Below, one piece after another: positions 16,864-24,250 of a DNA stretch of 24,250 bases; the first letter of the stretch is position 1, and each line of letters starts with the position of its first letter. The translations under genes were made by a program, and so were the position numbers. The DNA lies in contig JBFRWC010000161.1 in the NCBI GenBank assembly GCA_051439365.1, positions 1 through 24,250 on the forward strand. The letters run 5' to 3'. Origin of the DNA: Leptolyngbyaceae cyanobacterium (GTDB taxonomy: Bacteria > Cyanobacteriota > Cyanobacteriia > CAKZMO01). The notes beneath the pieces are model-generated. The model ran no database searches and was not told the DNA's origin. It was given only the letters and a program-made list of their open reading frames with translations.

Positions 16864-17210
16864 CGGCGGGAAGGAAAGGGCGATCGCCCCCCACCTCAAA
16901 AACTCACCAAAAACTCCCCAAAAACAAAGGAGCAAGCCGCCAAACGCCCCGCTCCTCTGTCTAATATGTGCAATCTCAAACGTAGAACTTTTGTGCAAAG
17001 CTCGTCTCTCCCATAGTATGCCCAGTCCCCCTCCCTGAATTTGTATCAAATGCTCCAAACAGAAAAAAATCTTTTGGATCTCAATCCGGTCTAAATCTAC
17101 AGAAATCTGGTGGCTTCTAGTGACTTCTAGTGGCTGTCAGGTTACGATCCATATCTGCTGTTTCAGCAAACATAGATCCATTTATCCTCAACTTAGATCG
17201 GAGGTGCAAG

Positions 17211-17900
17211 ATGACCCGCAAAGCAATTATCTTACTGTCTGGTGGCTTAGACTCGGCCACATCTGCGGCTCAAGCGATCGCCGACGGGTATGACCTGATC
17301 GCCCTCTCCTTTCGCTACGGTCAGCGCCACGAGCGGGAATTAACCGCCGCCACCAAAATTGCCGCTCTCCTGGGGATCACCCAACACTACACAATAGAGG
17401 TCAATCTGGCCCAATGGGGCGGGTCATCCCTGACCGAACCCTCTCAAGCCATTCCCTCCGATGGAGTCAAGCCCGATGAAATTCCCTCCACCTATGTGCC
17501 CGGTCGGAATACGGTGTTTATTGCGATCGCCCTCTCTTTAGCAGAAGCCCAAAACGCAGAGGCGATTTATCTAGGCATCAATGCAGTGGACTATTCCGGC
17601 TACCCGGACTGTCGGCCCGAATATTTACAAACCTATCAGCAGTTGGCCCTGTTGTCGTCTAAAGCAGGGTTGGAAGGCCATGCCCCCCGACTGATCGCCC
17701 CATTGGTAAACGATTCCAAAACTGATATTGTCCGCCGAGCGCTAAAACTAGGGGTACCCATTGCGGAAACTTGGTCCTGCTACAAGGGAGAAGCGGAACC
17801 CTGTGGGGTATGTGATTCTTGTCGGATACGCGATCGCGCCCTGATTGAAGCGGGACATCCTGAATTGGCGAGTGCGATGGGGCGATTACACGCTGTATAA
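17211..17900 (+). CDS. queC: 7-cyano-7-deazaguanine synthase
   Basis: The PP-loop is ILLSGGLDS. Also present are GQRHERE, YVPGRNT, and the C-terminal zinc cysteine cluster CYKG...[13 protein letters not shown] 17211 is preceded by ggagg (17200-17204). The 81-bp upstream extension to GTG 17130 in the ORF track is unlikely. Confidence 0.9.
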   Translation: MTRKAIILLSGGLDSATSAAQAIADGYDLIALSFRYGQRHERELTAATKIAALLGITQHYTIEVNLAQWGGSSLTEPSQAIPSDGVKPDEIPSTYVPGRNTVFIAIALSLAEAQNAEAIYLGINAVDYSGYPDCRPEYLQTYQQLALLSSKAGLEGHAPRLIAPLVNDSKTDIVRRALKLGVPIAETWSCYKGEAEPCGVCDSCRIRDRALIEAGHPELASAMGRLHAV

Positions 17901-18096
17901 GCCAGCCAACGCATTTTAACTATATTTCTTCATGAGCATCTCACCTAGCTAGTTTTATAGCTATTCATTACAGACGAGAAGCATGATTCTTTTTCTTGAA
18001 TCAAGATATTACGAAGTCAATTAAGTATACTTATAAGATGATACTCTGGAGACCAAGAAACACGTAGATTCCCTCCATAGCGTATTGGAGCGTCCA

Positions 18097-19188
18097 ATGT
18101 ACAGAGCCGTGAATTCGCAGCAGTCTACAAACATAACTGATGAGCAGAGAGAATCTGCTGAAGCAGAGATCCGAGAAAAGCAAAAGCCTGTAGACTACGA
18201 CACCAAAGAGTACCCCGTTGAGATTCTCGTTCAAAAGTACCTTGACGGACGAGAAGATGATACAAATGAGTTATTCATTCCTGACTACCAGCGGGAAATA
18301 GTCTGGGATGATAAAAGACAATCAAAATTTATCGAATCTGTCTTACTAGGCTTGCCTATTCCATATATTTTTGTCGCAGATATCCCAGATGAAGAGAATG
18401 AAGCCCGTTTGGAAATTATAGATGGGACTCAGAGAATCAGGACTCTGACCAGATTCCTTAGTAATGACTTAACGCTACAAAATCTCAAAAAACTTAAAAA
18501 ATTAAACAACTTCAAGTTTAGTGACTTACCTCTTTCCCGTCAAAGACGCTTTAAAAGAACTACTCTTCGCATGATTCAGCTAACAGAAAAAGCAGATGAA
18601 GCTATCCGAAGGGATATGTTTGAGCGGATCAACACAGGTAGTGTAGTTTTGAATGACATGGAAAAGCGGAAAGGGATACAGCGTGGTCCGTTTTTAGACT
18701 TTATTGAGCGATTGTCAGAAAATGATAAGTTTCGTAAGTTATGCCCACTTTCACAAGTCGCTGTTGACAGGCGTGAACCACAGGAATTTGTACTAAGATT
18801 CTTTGCTTATCTCAATAATTATAAGAAATTTGAGCGCCAGGTAAATAAATTTCTTAATGAATACTTAGAAGAGCATAATCATGATAGCTTTCCCAAAGAA
18901 AGTATGCAGCTAGAATTTGAAGCCATGTTGGATTTTATAGACATCTACTTTCCGAATGGATTTAGCAAAGGTAAAAAGTATAAAACTACTCCTCGAATTA
19001 GATTTGAAGCTATCTCGGTTGGCACTGCACTTGCTTTAAGAGAAAATCCTAATTTGGAGCCAACCTCAATGGATTGGCTGGACTCGGATGAGTTTAAGGA
19101 ATATACAACTTCTGATGCGAGTAATTCTAAACCAAAAGTGATTCGTCGGATTGAATATGTACGTGATCAACTCCTTGGCAATTCATGA
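18097..19188 (+). CDS. DUF262 (ParB-like/GmrSD N-terminal NTPase-type) domain protein with no recognisable DUF1524/HNH nuclease half
   Basis: The DUF262 signature is FIPDYQREIVWDDKRQSKFIESVLLGLPIPYIF...IIDGTQRIRTL (a DGQQR-type motif, Asp codon at 18421). The C-terminal 200 aa or so show no H..N..H / (D/E)H-type nuclease motif by eye. ATG 18097 has a GGAG 6 nt upstream. The ORF track starts at TTG 18085. Confidence 0.8.
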   Translation: MYRAVNSQQSTNITDEQRESAEAEIREKQKPVDYDTKEYPVEILVQKYLDGREDDTNELFIPDYQREIVWDDKRQSKFIESVLLGLPIPYIFVADIPDEENEARLEIIDGTQRIRTLTRFLSNDLTLQNLKKLKKLNNFKFSDLPLSRQRRFKRTTLRMIQLTEKADEAIRRDMFERINTGSVVLNDMEKRKGIQRGPFLDFIERLSENDKFRKLCPLSQVAVDRREPQEFVLRFFAYLNNYKKFERQVNKFLNEYLEEHNHDSFPKESMQLEFEAMLDFIDIYFPNGFSKGKKYKTTPRIRFEAISVGTALALRENPNLEPTSMDWLDSDEFKEYTTSDASNSKPKVIRRIEYVRDQLLGNS

Positions 19189-19883
19189 ATAGTATCTTAT
19201 TCCAAGACTTCAGAGATCGCTCCAAAGAAGTCAGTAAATACTTTATCTTTCTCAAGAGTTTGGAGCAGGCTACCACTAAGATCAGTATGGAGGATAAAAA
19301 TGGTAATCCAAAGATTAAGGTGATTGATAGCGATCTATTGAAAACCTTGAAAGCAAGTGCTTTCCTGCTTCTTTATAACTTAGTAGAAGCAACGATGAGA
19401 AATGCAATAGAAGCAATCTTTGATGAACTGAAAATCAGAGGTATTGCCTATGATCAAATTAGACCTGAACTTAAGAAGGTAGTCCTTCAGAATTTCAAGA
19501 GACGCAATCCTGACCGATTGCTTTCAACTATTAATACAATTGCTGTTGATATTATTGCTGCTGGATTTGATAAAGGTGAGCTATTCTCAGGTAATCTTGA
19601 TGGTCGAAAAATTAGAGATACCGCAAGTGAATATGGATTTTCACATCAAACCGATTATGCAAGGACTGGAGATGGAAAGGATTTGCTAACGGTAAAGACA
19701 AATAGAAATGATCTTGCTCATGGATTTAAATCATTTACTGAAGTAGGAAGAGATAAAACAGCAGATGAACTTTTAGAAATTAAGAATAAAGTTGTCAGGT
19801 ATTTAAGACAGATATTAGAAAACATTGATCAGTATCTTTCCAGACAAGATTATCTGGATACACCTACCTCTACAACTCCCTAG
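19185..19883 (+). CDS. HEPN-superfamily putative nuclease (Rx4H motif; resembles MAE_28990/MAE_18760-type or RiboL-PSP-type HEPN)
   Basis: 232-aa, largely helical-looking protein. RNDLAH (R174-H179, nt 19704-19721) is followed by G, in the C-terminal position typical of HEPN. Its start overlaps the DUF262 stop in ATGA (19185-19188). The family-level call is from memory only. Confidence 0.6.
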   Translation: MNSILFQDFRDRSKEVSKYFIFLKSLEQATTKISMEDKNGNPKIKVIDSDLLKTLKASAFLLLYNLVEATMRNAIEAIFDELKIRGIAYDQIRPELKKVVLQNFKRRNPDRLLSTINTIAVDIIAAGFDKGELFSGNLDGRKIRDTASEYGFSHQTDYARTGDGKDLLTVKTNRNDLAHGFKSFTEVGRDKTADELLEIKNKVVRYLRQILENIDQYLSRQDYLDTPTSTTP

Positions 19884-20923
19884 CTGTAAAACTCATTAAT
19901 ATGTGAAAGGATGCTTTGTGCAATAACCTCACCCAATCTGACAGGCACAGCATTACCGATCATTTTTCCTACCCGATCAAATACAATAGGTTCACTAGGT
20001 TCTACAAATTCATAATTAGCTGGAAACGTTTGTAGCAACGCAGCCTCTCTAAGGGATATGGCCCGATCTTGCTCTGGATGACCAAAGCGGCCATTGCCAA
20101 ACCCAAAACACTGAGTTGTAATAGTTGGACTAGGCTGGCTCCATTCCATGCGACCATATACACCTGGATAAGTCTTCCCGCTACTTTTGATATGACACTT
20201 TGCGACTAGATCCTTGCTCCAATCTCGCCAAGTGCCACCAGGTTTTGAAGCACGAATGCGCCTCAAATTGAGTCCAGACAACTTACTACTGCGGTGCAAT
20301 CGATCGAGTTGAGATGACTGTCCAGCAATAAGTGGTTCAAGATGTGCGATAGTCGTGCCGACTGTTTCATATGTTTCTGGGCTATGTGTTGGCTTAATCA
20401 AATTAATTTTTTCAAATCTTGATGCGAGTAAAACCAGTCTTTTTCGGGTCTGCGGAACTCCATACTCTTGGCAATTCACTTCATTGATGCTATAGAAATA
20501 ACCTGACTTTTGCAGATGATTGATAAACTCATTGAACACTGAATGATGTTTGATCTGAAGTACATTTTCCATAGAGACTATTTCTGGTTCAGATTCCTTT
20601 ATGAGGCGGCTAAAGTCTTGCAAAAGTTTCCACTTTTTGCTCTTATTAGAATAGCGTCTGGTGTAAGTTGAAAAAGGTTGACAAGGCGCACAACCTGCTA
20701 GAACTCGAACATCACTGTTAGCGAAATATGCTGCTAAGTCGTTACCATCAATTTGCTCTACATCTCTAAGAATAAATTGCGCTCTTGTGTTATGTTCATA
20801 AGGAAACTGACACGTGGGATCAATGTCATATCCAGCTTTCACTGGAAGACCTGCCTGCTCAAATCCATAAGTTAATCCTCCTGCACCACAGAAAAGGTCA
20901 ACTGTAGCGATCGTAATAACCAT
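19880..20923 (-). CDS. dcm: DNA (cytosine-5)-methyltransferase
   Basis: All conserved m5C MTase motifs are present in order: I DLFCGAGG, IV PCQPFS (catalytic Cys), VI ENV, VIII QTRKR, then a variable TRD of about 120 aa, IX REAALLQTFP, and X GNAVPV. Confidence 0.9.
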   Translation of the reverse strand: MVITIATVDLFCGAGGLTYGFEQAGLPVKAGYDIDPTCQFPYEHNTRAQFILRDVEQIDGNDLAAYFANSDVRVLAGCAPCQPFSTYTRRYSNKSKKWKLLQDFSRLIKESEPEIVSMENVLQIKHHSVFNEFINHLQKSGYFYSINEVNCQEYGVPQTRKRLVLLASRFEKINLIKPTHSPETYETVGTTIAHLEPLIAGQSSQLDRLHRSSKLSGLNLRRIRASKPGGTWRDWSKDLVAKCHIKSSGKTYPGVYGRMEWSQPSPTITTQCFGFGNGRFGHPEQDRAISLREAALLQTFPANYEFVEPSEPIVFDRVGKMIGNAVPVRLGEVIAQSILSHINEFYS

Positions 20924-20993
20924 TAAAGCTTCAACTAATATTCCTTTGAAAAAGACATACTATCCTAGCATACCTAGCCTTATTATTTTGGTG

Positions 20994-22772
20994 CTAGCCT
21001 CGTAATCCCTTATCATTCAAAAAACGCATAAAATTACGCTTACGATTATGGGTTGCCCGTAAATCTGCCAACCATTGCTTAAACTCTGCCTTTTGATCTA
21101 ATCGAATCATTAGGGTTTTAATCGTTGCGATTAATTCCACTGCTTGTTTGTATGCCTCGTTGTTTTTCTGCTTAATCAACGGTTCAACTCTGGGCTGATA
21201 CACCGCCACTGCATCAGCGGGATGATCCGCTTCCCGTGCAGCGGCCAACTCCATCCATAGCTTACCCCGACATCCCCCAGTCTTGGCTTCCTGCCACGCT
21301 TGATCCACATCGCCTTCCCAGAGAAAAATCTCCACCAACAAGGAGTAATCAGTCAACCCAGTGTTGGCCCGATGGATACGGTTCCGGCCTGGAGAATCTG
21401 GACTTTTCTGGATAACTTGACGAATGTGGTCTAGGGCTTGGCGATGCCAGTGGTCCCAAGTCCCCAGTTGATCCGCCTGCTGCTTCAATTGCTGATAGAC
21501 GGTGATAGAGGGAACACGCTGTAGGTCTCGCCAGACGATGGCCAGGGCATCATCTAACCGTCCTTGTTTTTCGTATTCTGTAATCAGGAAATCCCCCAAT
21601 TGGCCCGTGCGCGGGTGGTCGCTAAAGGCTGCTAACCCTTTTTCCGCCCAAGCGATCGCCTCATCTCCTTCCCCGTTGTGACGATAGATCTGGGCAATCT
21701 TCAAGTAGCGAGATGGCTGAGACAAATCTTGGGCGATCGTGTTCACCAAATCTTCGACGGTGCCGGAAGCCTCCACCAATCGTTCCTTGGTACGGCGCAA
21801 CTGTGAATAGCGATAGCTGTAGCCCCCATCACTCCGGTTTTTTGCAGCTAGTTCCTCAGCTAATGCTGTATCCAACAGTTTTTCGTAGGCTTGAAGTCCC
21901 GTCTTGCCTAAAATATCAGCATACTTTTCAACGGAACTATCAAAAATGCCATAGTCTGAATTGATTTCTAAATGGAAAATGCTCGTCGCTAATTTCGTCA
22001 GGTCTGGTTGTCCAGCCACACAAGCCCGATAGTGTAAATCCTGAATATCGCAGGCTACGCCGCCCACACTGCCGCTGGAATCGTCAATGGAGTTGTAAGC
22101 CTCTTCGATGAGGGCGATCGCCTCCTCACACAATTCCACCACCTCATTGGCATAGCCCCGTTCCAGCAACTCCTCCAACCCACGAATCACCGAGCTAATC
22201 TCATCAGCGTAGTCGTAAGCCTCCCGGTAGCCGATGTAGGTACTCACATCTTGAATAGCGATGGCATCCCGCAACGACCGCCGAAATGTACTGATGTCTG
22301 CGCCACCCACTTGCTGTGCCGCCACTTTCATCAACAATTGTTCTCGCCAGCGGGGATCATTCATCGCTTGATCCACAATCAGTTGCACCAGCGTCTCGTG
22401 GGATTGCTGACTGAGGTAATCCCGCACATCCGTCATGGTAGTGGCCCGTGGCGCGGTGGCAGTCCCACTCGGCGGACGATAGGGTGGTGGTTCTGCAATC
22501 CAGACCAAACCCACAGCCACGCAATGTTTGCAGAAATAGCCAGCGACTCCCATCGGGCAAGAGCAGTCGGACTGTAGATCGTCATGTTCATCCAGCCACA
22601 GATGAACCTGGTAGGTTGCCGTGCCACTGACCGCAGCGGTAATGTGGTCGCCATCCTGGGCGAGGGCATGGACCCTACCCTGATGAAAGTAATTCACGCC
22701 CCGCTCATAGAAGCGATGACCCGCCAAGGTTTCCAACAGTTCTGAGTCCAGAATGTCACTCAATGTTGCCAT
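20994..22772 (-). CDS. SWIM zinc finger domain protein with a long helical-repeat C-terminal region
   Basis: 592 aa. The SWIM CxCxnCxH motif is CSCPMGVAGYFCKHC near the N-terminus. The remainder is alpha-helical and looks TPR-like. The gene contains HIP1 sites and has host-like composition. Confidence 0.8.
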   Translation of the reverse strand: MATLSDILDSELLETLAGHRFYERGVNYFHQGRVHALAQDGDHITAAVSGTATYQVHLWLDEHDDLQSDCSCPMGVAGYFCKHCVAVGLVWIAEPPPYRPPSGTATAPRATTMTDVRDYLSQQSHETLVQLIVDQAMNDPRWREQLLMKVAAQQVGGADISTFRRSLRDAIAIQDVSTYIGYREAYDYADEISSVIRGLEELLERGYANEVVELCEEAIALIEEAYNSIDDSSGSVGGVACDIQDLHYRACVAGQPDLTKLATSIFHLEINSDYGIFDSSVEKYADILGKTGLQAYEKLLDTALAEELAAKNRSDGGYSYRYSQLRRTKERLVEASGTVEDLVNTIAQDLSQPSRYLKIAQIYRHNGEGDEAIAWAEKGLAAFSDHPRTGQLGDFLITEYEKQGRLDDALAIVWRDLQRVPSITVYQQLKQQADQLGTWDHWHRQALDHIRQVIQKSPDSPGRNRIHRANTGLTDYSLLVEIFLWEGDVDQAWQEAKTGGCRGKLWMELAAAREADHPADAVAVYQPRVEPLIKQKNNEAYKQAVELIATIKTLMIRLDQKAEFKQWLADLRATHNRKRNFMRFLNDKGLRG

Positions 22773-22866
22773 AGTGCCCCCTCATTGCCCTGGTTCTGAC
22801 CTTATCTTATTGTGCCGCATCTTATGGTGCTGCCAAGTCGTGGGGTGAACTGTCTTGATGCTGACA

Positions 22867-22894
22867 AAAGGGGCGATTAGGCGATCGCCCCTTT
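22867..22894 (-). terminator. GC-rich hairpin, terminator-like on the minus strand
   Basis: aaaggggcgat (22867-22877) pairs with atcgccccttt (22884-22894) across a 6-nt loop. On the minus strand the stem is followed by TTTTG. It sits directly 3' of the Mrr-like remnant stop (22894-22896) and about 95 bp upstream of the SWIM gene start. Confidence 0.4.
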
Positions 22895-23180
22895 CAATCC
22901 TCAAAGTAATCGCTATCAATTTTGGGAATTTTTAAGGAACGATGACTGACCCCAATCCCGTATTCGATCATCAGGTTGGTGAGGCGATCGCCATCTACCA
23001 AAATATCTATCCCCCTGCACGCAATGCCGCCGATCGCGCCGGAAACCTCTGAGCATTCAACGCCTGCACTGTCGCTGCCTCATCACACACCCGAAACTGA
23101 GACCCCAGCTGCACCACCTGCCGCCGCTGCTGCGAGGTAATCACCGCCACCACCGGGTTCACCCCCCAACACAAAGGTCG
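22894..23180 (-). pseudogene. Remnant of an Mrr-family (type IV) restriction endonuclease, C-terminal fragment only
   Basis: Minus-frame translation of 22897-23013 gives GIDILVDGDRLTNLMIEYGIGVSHRSLKIPKIDSDYFED-stop. This matches the remembered Mrr_cat C-terminal pattern (I.LIDG..L..LMI.y.vGV ... kKiDeDYFee). This frame is closed by a stop at 23080-23082 and has no start codon. A second frame upstream reads VITSQQRRQVVQL.... No intact ORF of 60 aa or more exists here. Confidence 0.4.
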
Positions 23181-23277
23181 TCGTCCCTAGCTAACCCCCG
23201 ACCAGCGAGGGGCCGTCTTGTGCTGGCTGTAAATCCAACCCGCCTGAGAGGTGCGAGAGATGGAATACCCTCTTGCC

Positions 23278-23299
23278 GATGCTTAACTTGTTAAGCATC
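23278..23299 (-). terminator. Perfect 10-bp palindrome hairpin downstream of rarD
   Basis: gatgcttaac tt gttaagcatc lies 25 nt 3' of the rarD stop codon (23324-23326). It has no U-tract, so terminator function is uncertain. Confidence 0.3.
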
Positions 23300-23323
23300 T
23301 CCCCACCATGTCAACAAAGCCCG

Positions 23324-24250
23324 CTAGGCATCGGAACTGGGCTGGGCTACACGGCGAATCCTGAGCCAAGAATCCGCCGAGTATGTGGCTAGAGCGACCC
23401 AAATGCAACCAAAGGTGATGGCATGGGTGCGGGTAAAGGGTTCCTGATACAAAAACACTCCGAGCATCAATTGTAAACTGGGAGCAATATACTGAAAAAA
23501 GCCCAGGGTAGAAAGCCGCAACCGCTTAGCCGCATTATTGAACCACAGTAGAGGCATGGAGGTCGCGACCCCTGCGCCGATACAAAGCCATGAGATCAGC
23601 CAACTGGTCCCAAAGTGGCCCACTCCAGTACTGCCCCAATAAATTACCAGCAGCAGCATAAACGGGGCGATCGCCAGAGTTTCCACAGCTAGACCGACGA
23701 GGGGAGCGATCGCCACCACCTTCCGCACCAACCCGTAGAAGCCAAACGAGAGAGCCAACCCAAAGGCGATCCACGGGGCTTGACCAAAGTCCCAGATAAA
23801 ATGCGCTACACCAATGGTCGCGAGTCCAACCGCCATCCACTGGACTCGATTCAGCCGTTCCTTCAGCACCACCATGCCCAACACCACCGTCAACAGCGGA
23901 TTAATGAAGTAACCGAGACTAGTTTCCACCACCCGATCGGTGTTGACCCCATAAATGTAGAGTCCCCAATTGCAGGCCAGTAAGCCAGCCGCGACGATTA
24001 AGAGTTGAACCGTGCGGGGGGACTGCATCACTTTCCTCAGTTCAGCCAACCGCGCCTGTATCGCCAATAGACTCAGCACAAACACCATCGACCAAATCAT
24101 TCGATGGCTCAATACCTCCAGGGCAGGGATATCGCCAAACCATTTCCAGTAAATAGGAAATAATCCCCATGACCCATAGGCCAATACAGCATAAGTGATA
24201 CCGACAGCACCAGAGGACTCAGGGGTGGAAGGGGGAGGAGTGTGGGCCAT
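23324..24250 (-). CDS. rarD: EamA/RarD family (drug/metabolite transporter superfamily) membrane protein
   Basis: 308-aa polytopic protein. The N-terminal RarD-type signature is GITYAVLAYGSWGLFPIYWKW...EVLSHRMIWS. There are two EamA-like halves. The ATG is the last three bases of the window (24248-24250), so the true start could lie further upstream. Confidence 0.75.
   Translation of the reverse strand: MAHTPPPSTPESSGAVGITYAVLAYGSWGLFPIYWKWFGDIPALEVLSHRMIWSMVFVLSLLAIQARLAELRKVMQSPRTVQLLIVAAGLLACNWGLYIYGVNTDRVVETSLGYFINPLLTVVLGMVVLKERLNRVQWMAVGLATIGVAHFIWDFGQAPWIAFGLALSFGFYGLVRKVVAIAPLVGLAVETLAIAPFMLLLVIYWGSTGVGHFGTSWLISWLCIGAGVATSMPLLWFNNAAKRLRLSTLGFFQYIAPSLQLMLGVFLYQEPFTRTHAITFGCIWVALATYSADSWLRIRRVAQPSSDA

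Noticed and set aside
16271-16894. A 207-aa minus-strand ORF.
   Set aside because: It is antisense to the Uma2 gene, whose plus frame carries the family motifs. The antisense product is Pro/Arg/Ser-rich with no recognisable features.
17040-17210. A preQ1 riboswitch upstream of queC.
   Set aside because: I could not find the short P1 hairpin followed by the A-rich tail of the preQ1-I consensus. Only a generic imperfect hairpin is present. A covariance-model scan is needed for a definitive answer.
17211-17900. queC as a defence-associated QueC homologue (QatC- or DpdC-like), because it abuts the defence islet.
   Set aside because: It has the full housekeeping QueC layout (SGGLDS PP-loop and the CGVCDSC zinc cluster). 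Its composition is host-like and it contains three HIP1 sites. No QatA/B/D or Dpd/TGT-type neighbours are present. The adjacency is best explained by the islet having inserted downstream of it.
17901-20993. Mobile-element hallmarks (integrase, transposase, tRNA attachment site, terminal inverted or direct repeats) flanking the AT-rich islet.
   Set aside because: None could be identified by eye at either junction, so the islet is not called a mobile_element.
1-24250. tRNA, rRNA or other structured RNA genes anywhere in the window.
   Set aside because: No cloverleaf-like or rRNA-like sequence was recognised in the intergenic regions. This is a visual negative only, and tRNAscan/Infernal would be decisive.

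Overview
This is a cyanobacterial chromosomal segment. By manual scan, the HIP1 octamer GCGATCGC occurs roughly 40 times. The left part (0.1-3.4 kb) holds an ACT-domain protein, a GNAT acetyltransferase, and a NodB-type polysaccharide deacetylase fused to a CPBP intramembrane protease. The centre (3.8-12.7 kb) is a pilus/phototaxis-type chemosensory operon ordered CheY-like receiver, CheW, MCP, hybrid CheA. The MCP carries a cytoplasmic GAF domain with both cysteines of a DXCF cyanobacteriochrome (DPCF and CH), so it is PixJ-like. The CheA has a linker of about 1.6 kb that is acidic and full of repeats. The right part holds a peptidase C15-like gene, a small LuxR-type solo regulator, hisS, a 3-copy palindromic tandem repeat, a Uma2-family endonuclease and queC. 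Next comes an AT-rich stretch of about 3.1 kb with no HIP1 sites. It carries a DUF262 (ParB/GmrSD N-terminal-like) gene translationally coupled to a HEPN (Rx4H) gene, and these converge on a cytosine-5 DNA methyltransferase whose stop codon overlaps theirs. After that lie a SWIM zinc-finger protein, a decayed Mrr-like restriction endonuclease fragment, and rarD. The best candidate for an undescribed system is the compact DUF262-HEPN-Dcm triad. All family assignments come from motifs read by eye, and no database search was run.
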